Source of the DNA: Octopus sinensis
Taxonomy: Eukaryota
DNA: 64,000 nucleotides
Direction of reading: 5' to 3'
NCBI RefSeq assembly: GCF_006345805.1
Contig: NC_043026.1
Location: 930,001 to 994,000 of the forward strand
Shown: positions 24,304 through 37,519 of the stretch, piece after piece
How the letters are laid out: every line of letters begins with the position of its first letter
How positions within the stretch are numbered: the stretch's first letter is position 1
Notes under the pieces: generated by a model
Database searches by the model: none
What the model was told of the DNA's origin: nothing
Seen by the model: the letters and a program-made list of their open reading frames with translations, nothing else
Translations under genes and position numbers: made by a program

Positions 24304-25109
24304 ATACATACATATCTTGATAATACTAAAAGTCTAGAGATGTTTGTGTGCACCCAAAATATCTCAGAAATAGTATATTTTATTTTTTTTTTGCATATTT
24401 ATTTTCATATTTACCTTCAGCAGTGCAGTACAAATTTTTATGATATTTGGGACTCTATTTATTAAGGAAAACGATTAAACAGAATTTTTGTTTGTTAGTT
24501 CTTGACGAAAAAAAAAACATTGCTTCCATTACGTTAACATGCATACACACATACGGAATACACACAATCAACACAAACACACATCTGCTATCTGTGACAT
24601 ATACACACACATAGTCTTTGAGCTCTCTAAGAAAAAAAAATCAACTTTTTGACATACACAATATTTTAATCATTTAGAAATATTTTTAACTAAATGTGAT
24701 TTCAAGAATGTAAGTTGTTTGTACAGAAAGTATTCATGTTTTAGTTTTCTTTAAACAGACAATATTTTAATGGTTTTTATTAAAAATTAGTTTCAAGTGA
24801 ATGGCGATCTTTCTCTCATCAACCAGAGTTCATTAATTAGTGAACAAAACCAGCTGATCCAGATGACAGTTCTGAGAGTCAAAGTGAAAGATCACCCCAA
24901 GGAAATACCATCACAAAAAATTTTTCAAGTGCATTCAACGTATCTTAGTTCTAAAGATTTGGCTGCTATTTCTAGCCCACCCCGCTACTATGTAACAGCT
25001 ACTTATGACAAAGGACCCGAAATACCTGTTATGTGGAAGCAGGGCATGCAAGAAATAACAGCCAAATCTATCCTTTTCTGGGGATGAGTTACCTCGGTCC
25101 TATATAGTC

Positions 25110-25143
<34 letters not shown>

Positions 25144-25149
25144 CCTTTT

Positions 25150-25344
25150 GACTATAGGCACAAATTTTGGGGGAGGGACCAAATTGATTACATTGAGCCC
25201 AATGCATAACTGGTACTTACTTCATCAACCCCAAAAGGATGAAAGGTAAAGTTGACCTTGACAGAATTTGAATCCAAAAAACAAAGATGGACGAAATGCT
25301 GGTAAGAATTTTGTACAGATTACTAACAATTCCGCTAGCTGGCC

Positions 25345-25395
<51 letters not shown>

Positions 25396-25530
25396 GTTTC
25401 AAATTTTGCCAAGAGGGCAGCAATTTTGGGGGAGGGGTATACTGACTCCAGTGTTCAACTGGTACTTATTTTATTGACCCCGAAAGGATGAAAGGCAAAG
25501 TCGACCTCGGCGGAATTTGAACTCAGAATG
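25150..25530 (-). mobile_element. Two diverged family B SINEs separated by (AAT)n
   Basis: aaaggatgaaagg(t/c)aaagt(t/c)gacct motifs at about 25235 and 25485. Confidence 0.75.
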
Positions 25531-25629
25531 GAGCGACGGGTGAAGTACTGTACTCTATGCACTGCACCATACTAAAGGACACCGCAGTGCACTGCACTGC
25601 AATGCACTTTCTGTTTTCAGATACCAAAT

Positions 25630-25714
25630 AATGTACGATGTCGTCCAAACAAATACACACATACACACACACACATATATATATATACAAACACAGACAC
25701 ACACACATATATAT

Positions 25715-25745
<31 letters not shown>

Positions 25746-25828
25746 CACAGACATGCACACATACACACATATATATATACACACACATATATGCACACTC
25801 ACACACATATATACACACATATATACAT

Positions 25829-25881
<53 letters not shown>

Positions 25882-25958
25882 CATGCACACATACACACAT
25901 ATATATATACACACACATATATGCACACTCACACACATATATACACACATATATACAT

Positions 25959-25993
<35 letters not shown>

Positions 25994-26165
25994 CAGACAT
26001 GCACACATACACACACATATATATACACACACATATGCATACACTCACACACATACATATACACACACATATAGACACACACATACATATACACACGCAT
26101 ACATGTATGCACACATGCACACACACACACACACATATGCACACACACATGCACGTACATATACA
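25630..26165. repeat. (CA)/(TA) compound array with higher-order units
   Basis: atacagacatgcacacatacacac recurs. Confidence 0.9.
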
Positions 26166-26204
26166 CAGATTTATGACGATAACTGACCCTCGTCACAGAG
26201 AAGG

Positions 26205-26572
26205 TGACTGATGATGATGATGCTGATGATGACGGTGATGATTATAATGATGGTGCTCATGGTGGTGGCAGCGGCGGGGTGGGTGATGTCGGTGATGATG
26301 ATGATGATGATGATGATGATGGTGATGGTGATAACGATGACAGCAGTGGTGGTGGTGGTGGTGATGATAATAATGATGATTACGATGTTGGAGATGATGA
26401 TGATGATGATGATGACGGTGATGACAATGACGGTTTGAATATTGTGGATGATGGCTATAGTAATGGTCATTGTAATAGTAGCAGTAGTAGTAGTAGCAGC
26501 AGTAGTAGTAGTAGTAGTAGTAATAGTAGTAGTAGTAGTAGCAGCAGCAGCAGTAGTAGTAGTAGTAGTAGC

Positions 26573-26619
<47 letters not shown>

Positions 26620-26620
26620 C

Positions 26621-26658
<38 letters not shown>

Positions 26659-26680
26659 CAGTAGTAGTAGTAGTAAGTAT
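26205..26680. repeat. (GAT)n then (AGT)n low-complexity tract
   Basis: Visible directly. Confidence 0.95.
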
Positions 26681-27554
26681 GTAGATAATAACGAGGCACG
26701 AAGAGACGCTGTCTGAGGTGGCAGCCATGGGGATTGTCCACACTGACGACAAGGTGATGAGAACGATGTCAATAACAACGACGGAACGAAGACGATCGCA
26801 TCGACGACGGCGATCATGACGATGATGATGATCATGATGATGTTGTTGATGACATCACTGATGCTGCGAGATTATACGAGTGTTCGTCGAGGAGAGCTGC
26901 AATAAACGAGTTGCGCTCGTTTGAGCTGCTGCTGCTGCTGCTGCTACTACTCCTATCGCTGCTGCTGCTGCTGTTGCTCGCATTTTTTTTCATAACAGTT
27001 CATAACAGCCATTGTTAATGGAACCTGTCAGTGTCTCCCTCTGCTGGTTCTCGGATGGCAATTCACACACCTTGGAGGTGGGGGAGTCAATAATAACACA
27101 CACACACACACACACACACACTTACACACATATACATGCATAGCGGTTCAGCAAAAAGAGACCGATAGAATAAGTACTGGGCTTGCAAAAGAATAAGTCC
27201 TGGGGTCGAGTTGCTCGATTAAAAGGCGGTGCTCCAGCATGGCCGCAGTCAAATGACTGAAACAAGTAAAAGAGAAAAGAAAGAGAGACACATATACATC
27301 ATCATCATCATCATTGTTCGACCATGGTCGAGACAATGGAATTGCCCGGGGCTAGCAATTTCAGAAGCAGTAATTGAGTCCCAGTGCTCAACTGGTACTT
27401 ATTATATTAACTCTGAAAAGATGCAAGGCAAAGATAGCCACGGCAGGATTTGAACCCAGAATGTAAATTTACTTGGTATGCTAATGATTCTACCAGCTCA
27501 ATGCCTTTCTGTTGATTAATTGATAAAACACACACACACACACATACACACATC

Positions 27555-27815
27555 ATCATCATCATCATCATTGTTCGACCGTGGTCGAGACAATGGAATT
27601 TACCATGCTACGCCAGACTTCACGGTCCATCATAGCATTACGGAGGTCCTGTTGCTGGATGCCTGTATCCCTGGAGATTACATCAGGGTAGGAGAGTGTG
27701 CGCCCTCTGGTATCGCGAGCAGATGGCTTCCAGAGGAGAAGAGTAGAAATTGCCTCGTTTTCAGCTCTACAACAATGTCCAGCAAACTGGACTCTTCTAC
27801 CTTTCACAAGAGATG
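27555..27815 (-). mobile_element. RTE-type LINE 3' end (ORF2 C-terminus plus (TGA)n tail)
   Basis: Peptide KGRRVQFAGHCCRAENEAISTLLLWKP...SYPDVISRDTG...MMDREVWRSMVNS resembles RTE/RTE-X C-termini (RLxFAGH...DRxxW). The stop codon is the first TGA of the tail. Confidence 0.75.
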
Positions 27816-27827
27816 ATATGTATGTAT

Positions 27828-28192
27828 CTCCAAACAGGCATGGGACAACAATAAGCTGACCAAGACCACGAAAATGAAGATCTACCAGGCATGTGTACTT
27901 AGCACTCTACTGTATGGAAGTGAGACTTGGACGCTATACACACGCCAAGAGCGTCGCCTAAACATCTTTCCCCTGCACTGCCTCCGGAAAATCCTCCGCG
28001 TCAAATGGCAGAATCATATCCACAACAAATATGACCTCAAGCAAGCAGGAATACCAAGCTTGTTTGCACTCCTCACACAAAGACGTATGAGATGGCTTGG
28101 GCATATTAGCCGTATGAACGATGGCAGAATCCCCAAGGACATACTCTACGGAGAGCTTGCTAGGGGTACAAGGTCTGTGAGTAGACCGTTCT
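27828..28192 (+). mobile_element. RTE-clade LINE ORF2 internal fragment (post-RT region)
   Basis: KIYQACVLSTLLYGSETWTL...RRMRWLGHISRMNDGRIPKDILYGEL is the hallmark RTE-1/BovB-type post-RT segment. Confidence 0.9.
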
Positions 28193-28257
28193 TATGTATG
28201 TATACATGGAAAGCGGACGCTAAATGATGATGACGATGATATATATATATATATATC

Positions 28258-28405
28258 AACATCGTTGTTTGACCATGGTCGAGACAATGGAATTTACCAT
28301 GCTACGCCAGACTTCACGATCCATCATAGCATTACGGAGGTCCTGTTGCTGGATGCCTGTATCCCTGGAGATTACATCAGGGTAGGAGAGTGTGCGCCCT
28401 CTGGT
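28258..28405 (-). mobile_element. RTE-type LINE 3' end, shorter copy
   Basis: Same sequence family as 27555-27815. Confidence 0.8.
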
Positions 28406-28595
28406 GTCACGAGTATACACGCACACTCTCTCTCTCACTCTCTTTCCCTCTCTGTCCCACACACATGCACATACAGGTACACAAACATATAAACACACAC
28501 ACACAAACATATACATACACAAACACATGTTCATACCGCTTACATACATAAAGAAATACACACACACACTCACACACACATATACATATACATGA

Positions 28596-28755
28596 TAGGC
28601 TTCTTTCAGTTTCCTTCTACCAAATCCACTCACAAGGCTCTTGTCCGCTCAAGGCTATAGTAGAAGACACATGCCCAAGGTGCCATGCAGTGGGACTGAA
28701 CCCGGAACCATGTGGTTGGTAAGCAAGCTACTTACCACACAGCCACTCCTGCGCC
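28596..28755 (-). mobile_element. SINE family A, 5' half
   Basis: Reverse complement of ggcgcaggagtggctgtgtggtaagtagc... Confidence 0.9.
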
Positions 28756-29121
28756 TATATATATGTGAGTGTGTGTGTATTTTTATATACATGTGGATTA
28801 ATTGCATATATATGCAATTAACCCACATGTACAGAAAGCACAAATACAACCATAGTCACACACACACACACACACGGTGATTACTCTGTCTCTAGTGATG
28901 ATTGCTATCTCTTTTTACTTCTGTTTATTGTCAATGACATGACTGACTTTCTGCCCATGACCTCTCAGCTGACTCTTCAGTCCCACTAAATGTCTGCATG
29001 CTTTGAATCATAAGCAACTGATGAAAGTTCTAACTTACTCTGCACTTCCAAGTTTAGTCTGCACATGTTAAATTAAGTCTTCCATCGAACTTTCAGTAGA
29101 TGGAATGGCAAATGAGGGTAT

Positions 29122-29430
29122 GGAGACACATGGTCTAGTGGTTAGAGCAGCGGACTCGCGGTCGAGGGATCGTGGGTTCGAATCTAAGACCGGGCGATGT
29201 GCGTGTTTATGAGCGAAACACTTAAGCTCCACGCGGCTCCGGCAGAAGGTAATGGCGAAACTTCTGCTAACTCTTTCGCCACAACTTTCTCTCTGACTCT
29301 TTCCTCCTGCATCTTGCAGCTCACCTGCAACGGACCGGCGTCCCGTCCAGGTGGGGAACCTATATGCCAAGGAAACCAGGAAACCGGCCTTTATGAGCCA
29401 GGCATGGCTTGAGAAGGAACAAACAACAAA
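29122..29430 (+). mobile_element. SINE family D, full length
   Basis: tRNA-like head tggtctagtggttagagc...gggttcgaatc, followed by a non-tRNA body. Confidence 0.85.
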
Positions 29431-29694
29431 ATGAGGGTACCCAAAAGGGGGCATATTTACATCAGTAAATAAATAAGGATAAATGATTGTGCAACACAAG
29501 TACCAGTCTGAAATTCTGTTATTAGCACCAAGTGCCGGTCCAAGGCAAGGCCAAAGATCTCCTTCATTCATGAATGACCATGGGATTTGATATGTCCTAT
29601 GATGACGTATTCCGTTGTCCAAACAGCATACCTTTGCTGACCAACTCTACTGACTGTGTCTGTCCCCTATTTATTAGTAGTTGACCAGCCCACT

Positions 29695-29985
29695 TCTCAG
29701 CTGGGGGCATCTGCCACAACAAGATTGCACCTAGAAAGTTCCCCCTCTGTGGCACAAGTCTGGGAAAGGTTGTTAGTGGAAAACCAATAGTTGCCTACAC
29801 ATACCAGCCTCCCCTCTCCATGCCACCGATGTTGTCCAAGGTAAAGGCAAAAGGGGCCGATACAGCTTAGCACCTGTGACGTCACAACTCATCTCTACAG
29901 CTGAGTGAACTGGAGCAATGTGAAATAAAGTGTCTTGCTCAAGAACACAACACGCAGCCCGGTCCGGGAATCGAACTCACAACCC
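29695..29985 (-). mobile_element. SINE family E
   Basis: Homologous to 13785-14122. Confidence 0.8.
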
Positions 29986-30009
29986 CATGGAAGCAGAGGA
30001 GGGAGGGTG

Positions 30010-30600
30010 ATGAAGATGATGATGATGAGGAGGTGGAGGAGGAGGATGGCGATGGTGAAGATGGTGATGATGATGATGCTGAGGATGAAGAGGTGGAGGA
30101 GGATGGTGATGAAGAGCAAAATGATGATGATGAGGAGATGGAGGAGGAGGATGGCGATGGTGATGCTGAGGAGGAAGAGGTGGAGGAGGATGGTGATGAA
30201 GAGCAAAATGATGATGATGAGGAGATGGAGGAGGAGGATGGCGATGGTGATGATGATGCTGAGGATGAAGAGGTGGAGGAGGATGGTGATGAAGAGCAAA
30301 ATGATGATGATGAGGAGATGGAGGAGGAGGATGGCGATGGTGATGATGATGCTGAGGATGAAGAGGTGGAGGAGGATGGTGATGAAGAGCAAAATGATGA
30401 TGATGAGGAGATGGAGGAGGAGGATGGCGATGGTGATGATGATGCTGAGGAGAGAGGTGGAGGATGGTGATTAAGAGCAAAATGATGATGATGAGAAGAT
30501 GGAGGAGGAGGATGGCGATGGTGATGATGATGCTGAGGAGGAAGAGGTGGAGGAGGATGGTGATGAAGAGCAAAATGATGATGATGATGATGCTGAGGCA
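30010..30600. repeat. 87-93-bp GAT/GAG-rich minisatellite, ~6 copies
   Basis: gaagagcaaaatgatgatgat recurs at that period. Confidence 0.95.
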
Positions 30601-30779
30601 GAGGAAGCAGAGATGAAGGTTATAAACTTGCTCAATCTGGGCTGACCCGCAGCTAAATATCATCATCATCCGTTTTTATATCATCAACATCCATGTTTAT
30701 ATCCCCATTATCAACCCCCCCCCCCCAATATCATTAGCATCATCATCATCATTCTTCTCCCCAGCATCATTAAAATCCA

Positions 30780-31220
30780 CACACATAAACATCATCATCT
30801 TTTTCTTTCATATATCATTATCATCATCACTATCAGCATCATCATGAACATCACCATTACCACCATCATCAACATCATCATCATCATCCTGGCATCATTA
30901 TAATCCACAAAACCATCATCATCTTCATTCATGTCATCATCATCATCATCACCACCACCATCATCTACAACACCAAAACCATCACCACCACTACCACCTG
31001 CAGCAATACAACCACCAATACCAAAACCACCACTACCACCACCACCAAAACCACCACCAACGCTACCACCACCACTACCACCACCACCACCACCACTGCC
31101 ACCACCAACAACAACACTACTACCACCACCACCAACACTACCACCACCACTACCACCACCACCAACACTACCACCACCATCACCACTACCACCACCACTA
31201 CCACCACTACCACCACCACC
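30780..31220. repeat. (CAT)n/(CCA)n low-complexity tract
   Basis: Visible directly. Confidence 0.95.
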
Positions 31221-31274
31221 AGCACAGTGATCAGCAGGTCTCATTTTTTTTTTGCCCCGCTTTCCTCCCTCTCT

Positions 31275-31310
<36 letters not shown>

Positions 31311-31380
31311 CCTCCCTGTGTCTCTCCACGTCTGCACAGTTAAGTGCATGCGTTTGCTTGTCAGTTCAGTTCAATTCAAA

Positions 31381-31441
<61 letters not shown>

Positions 31442-32056
31442 TACTCAACCTTAATATGCTCTCAGCTGCTGCGCCATCATCTCCGCCGCCAACAACACCA
31501 CCACCACCACCGCCGCCGCCACAACCGCTACCATCACCATCGCTGTTCACTCTCTCGTCTCTACCCCCATCCTCCAGTAGTACCCCACTCCTTTCCTTTT
31601 GATCTCTCCATTCACACCCCCCACCCCCCACCCACACCATACATCACATTGCTTTATTCTTCCTGTTACTAGGTGCAAGGGGGGAGGGGAGGGGGGCTGC
31701 GTTGTGCCAAACCGCATGGTTTCGGTTTCAGTCCCGACGTGTGCCACGTCCACTATGGCACCAGGCGGGGCTAGAGCCTCGTGTGTAGATATAGGAAACA
31801 AAAGCTGAAACAAGCCCGCCATGTGATTGTACACACACACACACACACTTGCACGTACACTCACACACACATATATACATATATATATACATATACAGAT
31901 ATGTATATATACATTGATATAAACATATATATACATATAACCATTTATATACTTTATATATATATATATGTACATATATATGTATATGTATATGAATGTA
32001 TATATATGTATTTATGTATATATGTATATATATGTATATAAATATATATATGCATG

Positions 32057-32095
<39 letters not shown>

Positions 32096-32132
32096 GTATA
32101 TATACATATATATATATTATTATCTATATATG

Positions 32133-32166
<34 letters not shown>

Positions 32167-32277
32167 GAGTGTTTGAAGTGGTGTACAGTGGTCCATATTG
32201 AGAAAAAAAGGCAGTCAGAATCTTTTATAATTCTTTATTAGCATTTGTTTGTATGTATATAATATATATATATATAC

Positions 32278-32497
32278 TGTTATGTCTCTGGAGAGTCATT
32301 TTCTTTTTGTGCCTTATAATGTAACACACTCACCGGTAAAATTTTCAATTTTTTTTCTCATTTTTATTGTCCTAAATTTTCGTTGCGTCTTGCAACATTT
32401 TCAATAGTTTTGACTCTGTCCGTTACTTACACTGTGTTCCAGTGAGTGTGTTACATAACAAGGCACAAAAAGAAAATGACTCTCCCCAGACACAACA
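32278..32497. mobile_element. MITE with ~59-bp terminal inverted repeats
   Basis: tgttatgtctctggagagtcattttctttttgtgccttataatgtaacacactcaccgg versus the reverse complement of ccagtgagtgtgttacataacaaggcacaaaaagaaaatgactctccccagacacaaca. Confidence 0.85.
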
Positions 32498-32823
32498 AAA
32501 TATGCTTCAACACACGAACTCATATAAAGAATCTTGCAAACCAAACCCAAAAACGAAATATGGTCATATATAGTTCTATTTATGTCTACAGCAGTTTAAC
32601 CCTTTAGTATTTAGCTAAGTCTTTCTCAAATACATCGAATGCAGCTCAATGTTAGATAAATATCCAGTGAAAACTGCGATCCCACATACGAAAAAGATAC
32701 AGAACTGTCGCGATGGGGAAAGCCCTGTGATCAGATGTTTTACTTAACCAAAGCTGACCTGGGACCAAACCCAAAAACGAAATATGGTCATATATAGTTC
32801 TATTTATGTCTACAGCAGTTTAA

Positions 32824-33042
32824 CCCTTTAGTATTTAAACCGGCCATATCCGGCCAAAATAGTTAATCTGTTTTATGTTCAAACTGACCAGATCCAGGCT
32901 CTCACACCTACCCTACAATGTTATTCTACATTAAGTAATTACACCATCAAGATCTTGAAGATATGAGATAATGCATGATTAATTCAAATCAATGGGAATC
33001 AATAAGCATTATGTTTGATAGAATAATCTGAACACTAAAGCG
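32824..33042. mobile_element. piggyBac-like MITE
   Basis: TTAA|CCCTTTAG ... CTAAAGCG|TTAA; homologous to 62283-62503. Confidence 0.75.
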
Positions 33043-33547
33043 TTAAAATACATTTACCATTGTTTATGGGGGGTGTTCCACAACTCAACAGTTCAACAAA
33101 TAGGTATTGATGAAACACAAGACAGAAATCAGTAGAAAGATCAACAACAATCAATATTAATCAACTAAAACTTCTGACTGTAGTGCACCAGTATGGTCGC
33201 AGTTCAGTAAGAGAAAGTACAAGAATAAAACAGTAAACACACACACACACACATTTGCATATATACATGTGTGTGTCTGTGTGTGTATAGATAGACAGAT
33301 AGATATACATATATACATATATATAACATATATATATATATATATACAAATATACATATACACACACATGCATATATCTACATATATAATAATATATACA
33401 CATATATATATATATGAATATATAATGCATATATAGAGCATTAAGAAAATGGAAGGATTCAATAGGTGGTTCATCAACTTTTAGACATTATATTATGTCA
33501 ATCTATTTATTTATTAACTAAAATGACAATTACAAGAATATACATAC

Positions 33548-33593
<46 letters not shown>

Positions 33594-33639
33594 ACACATA
33601 TAATATGTATGCATATATCATCATCAATCCTCGTCATCA

Positions 33640-33800
33640 TCATCGTTTATTAACGTCCGTTCTCCATGCTAGCATGGTTGGACGGTTTCTAACTAAGACC
33701 GAGTCTGGAGCCAGGAGGCGCACAGACTCCAGTCTGATCTGGCAGTGTTTCTACAGCTGGTAGCCCTTCTAAACCAACCACTCCGTGAGTGTAGTGGGTG
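33640..33800 (-). mobile_element. Family C 3' part
   Basis: catcatcg...aacgtccgttctccatgctagcatgg. Confidence 0.8.
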
Positions 33801-33811
33801 ATATTCATATC

Positions 33812-33847
<36 letters not shown>

Positions 33848-33876
33848 TATATATATGCATATACACACACACACAT

Positions 33877-34270
33877 GAGTGGCTGTGTGGTAAGTAGCTT
33901 GCTTACCAACCGCATGGTTCCGGGTTCAGTTCCACTGCGTGGCACCTTGGGCAAGTGTCTTCTGCTATAGCCCCAGGCCGACCAATGCCTTGTGAGTGGA
34001 TTTGGTAGACGGAAACTGAAAGAAGCGTGTCGTTTATATATATATATATATATATATTGTATGTGTGTGTGTATGTTTGTGTGTCTGTGTTTGTCCCCCT
34101 AGCATTGCTTGACAACCGACGCTGGTGTGTTTACGTCCCCGTCACTTAGCGGTTCGGCAAAAGACATCGATAGAATAAGTACTGGTCTTACAAAGAATAA
34201 GTTCCAGGAGCCGATTTGCTCCAGCATGGCCGCAGTCAAATGATTGAAACAAGTAAAAGAGAGTAAAAGG
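33877..34270 (+). mobile_element. SINE family A, full length
   Basis: Head, CORE-like domain, internal (TA)n, tail. Confidence 0.9.
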
Positions 34271-34284
34271 GAATATAGATATAT

Positions 34285-34463
34285 CATACATATACATACA
34301 TCATATATGTGTAATATATATACATATATATATACATATATATACATATCATCATCATCATCATCATCGTTTAATATATATACATATATATATATACATA
34401 TATATATATTACATATATATACATATATATATACATATATAATATATACATATACTATACATA

Positions 34464-34494
<31 letters not shown>

Positions 34495-35011
34495 CATATA
34501 TATATACATATATATATATACATATATATATACACATATATATATATAACACATATAATATACACACATATATATATACACACATATATATATACATATA
34601 ATATATATACACACATATATATATACATATTTATATAATACACACATATATATATACATATAATATATATATACTATAATATATATTACATATATATATA
34701 TACACACATAATTATATACACATATATATTAATAAACATATATATATATAAACATATATATATACACATATATATATATACACATATATATATATACACA
34801 TATATATATATACACATATATATATATCACATATATATATACACACATATATATATACACACATATATATATACACACATAATATATACATACATATATA
34901 TATACATATATATATATATACATATATATATACATACATATTATATACATACTATATATATACATATATATATATATACATATATATATATACATATTAT
35001 ATATATATACC

Positions 35012-35049
<38 letters not shown>

Positions 35050-35071
35050 ATCTATACATATATAATATATA

Positions 35072-35110
<39 letters not shown>
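34285..35110. repeat. (TA)/(TACA) microsatellite field
   Basis: Visible directly. Confidence 0.95.
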
Positions 35111-35115
<5 letters not shown>

Positions 35116-35498
35116 GTCTACCACATGCAATGATGGAGACTCCATGTTGTCTATTGATCTGACAGAAATTGAAGCTAAGTCTTTCTCAAATACATCGAAT
35201 GCAGCTCAATGTTAGATAAATATCCAGTGAAAACTGCGATCCCACATACGAAAAAGATACAGAACTGTCGCGATGGGGAAAGCCCTGTGATCAGATGTTT
35301 TACTTAACCAAAGCTGACCTGGGACCACACAATATATATATGTGTGTACATGAGTGTGTATATATATATGTTTGCAATAGGGAGAAAGAAGCAAAGGTCG
35401 TATGCGTAGATAGAGGCATTCAAAGACATGCCTATGTACGCATGCACACACATACACACACATGACACACTTTCATAGGTATATAAATATAGATATAA

Positions 35499-35541
<43 letters not shown>

Positions 35542-35542
35542 G

Positions 35543-35594
<52 letters not shown>

Positions 35595-35759
35595 GGAGAC
35601 ACGCACTCGCGCATGGATATTGAGAGAAGGTGAGAGGGAGAGAGAGACAGAGAGAGACACACACACACAGAGTCAGAGAGATGAAGGGAGGTCACACACA
35701 GGCACACACATGCTTACAGACAGACGGACGTACATAAACACACACATACACATATGTAA

Positions 35760-35798
<39 letters not shown>

Positions 35799-35869
35799 GA
35801 GACAGAGAGGCAGAGAGATGTGCATTCATTCATATGCAGACACACACACACACATACACGTGTGTGTGT

Positions 35870-36350
35870 GTATGTATGTATGTATGTATGTGTGTGTGTA
35901 TGTATGTATGAGTGTGTATGTGTGTGTATGTATGTATGTATGTATGTATGTGTGTATGCATGTATGTATGTATGTATGTTTGAGTATGTATGTGTGTATG
36001 TATGTATGTATGTTTGTGTGTATGTATGTATGTATGTATGTGTGTATGTGTGAGTATGTATGTTGCATGTATGTATGTATGTATGTATGTATGTATGTAT
36101 GTATGTGTGTATGTATGTATGTGTGTATGTATGTATGTATGTATGTATGTGTGTATGTATGTATGTATGAATGTATGTATGTATGTATGTATGTTTGTAT
36201 GTATGTATGTATGTATGTATGTATGTGTGAGTATGTATGTTGCATGTATGTTGCATGTATGTATGTATGTATGTATGTATGTGTGTATGTATGTATGTGT
36301 GTATGTATGTATGTATGTATGTATGTGTGTATGTATGTATGTATGTATAT
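35870..36350. repeat. (GTAT)n tract
   Basis: Visible directly. Confidence 0.95.
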
Positions 36351-37519
36351 GTGCATATATAATATGGATAAACACAACACACACACAAGTATGTGGAGAG
36401 AGAAAGAAGCTTAGAGGCATGTGTACTCACACACACAACACACACACACACACACACACACACACATTTGCTTTCCATTACGCTGCTTTTCCTGATTTAT
36501 CACTAAGAACTGGCCGTAGTAGTGGTAGCGGTGATGCTAATGGTAGTGATGATGGCGAAGATGGTGGTGGTGGTGGTGGTGGTGGTGGTGGTGGAGGTGG
36601 TGGCGCCGCCCGTTTCGGTTGTGCCGTTGCTGATGGTGGGTTCGGGGGGGGGGGAAGGGAAGGGGTCGGCATGCTGCTGCTAATGCTGCCGCAACTGCTG
36701 ATGCTGGTGGTGGTGGTGTAGGTGGTGTCGGTGGTGGTGTCGGTGGTGGTGGTGTCGGTGGTGGTATCGGTGGTGGTGGTGGTGGTGGTGGTGGTGTTGA
36801 CAGAAGCAATCAATAACATGATATAATGTACTATTTTAAGAGCTGATATCACTGCATTCTACCTTGCTAAGGTTTCTAGGCCTTGCTAAAAATGTATATT
36901 GATACACACACACACAGACACAGACAAACACACACACACACACACACATGTACGCACATACACAGACACACACACACACACACATGCATACATTCATACA
37001 CAGACACACACACAAATTAGTATAACACACACACAAACACACACACACATATTCATACATAAACAGACACACACACACGGACATTAATATATAAACAGAC
37101 ACACACACACGCACACATACATAGAAACACGTATACATATATATGTGGTGCACATGCTTATATAGATATATACATAAATACATATACATACATATAAACA
37201 TGTGTGTACTGAGTATATAAGATATGTTATATATGTATACATATATATATGTATAGTGTGTATATATATGTATATATATGTGTGTATGTATATATATATA
37301 TATATATATATACGTATGTATATATATGTGTGTGTATATATATATGTATCTATATATACTTAGATATATATGCATAAATACATGTGTACATTCATACACA
37401 CACACATATAGCAAACACACAGATATTTAGAAGCACATACACACACTCTCATTTGCATACACATTCGCACACACACACACATGCACACATACATATTTAT
37501 GTGTTTGAAAATAAACCTT

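Noticed and set aside
24797-25087. 96-aa non-repetitive ORF
   Set aside because: No recognisable domain, and the 3' half overlaps the dispersed ctgctatttctagc repeat family.
29122-29195. tRNA gene (also the family A, B and E heads)
   Set aside because: A/B boxes are present, but there is no acceptor-stem closure or oligo-T terminator, and the sequence continues into SINE bodies.
30033-30470. Acidic prothymosin-like ORF
   Set aside because: It is a 93-bp GAT/GAG minisatellite that is open in several frames on both strands, with no splice or homology support.
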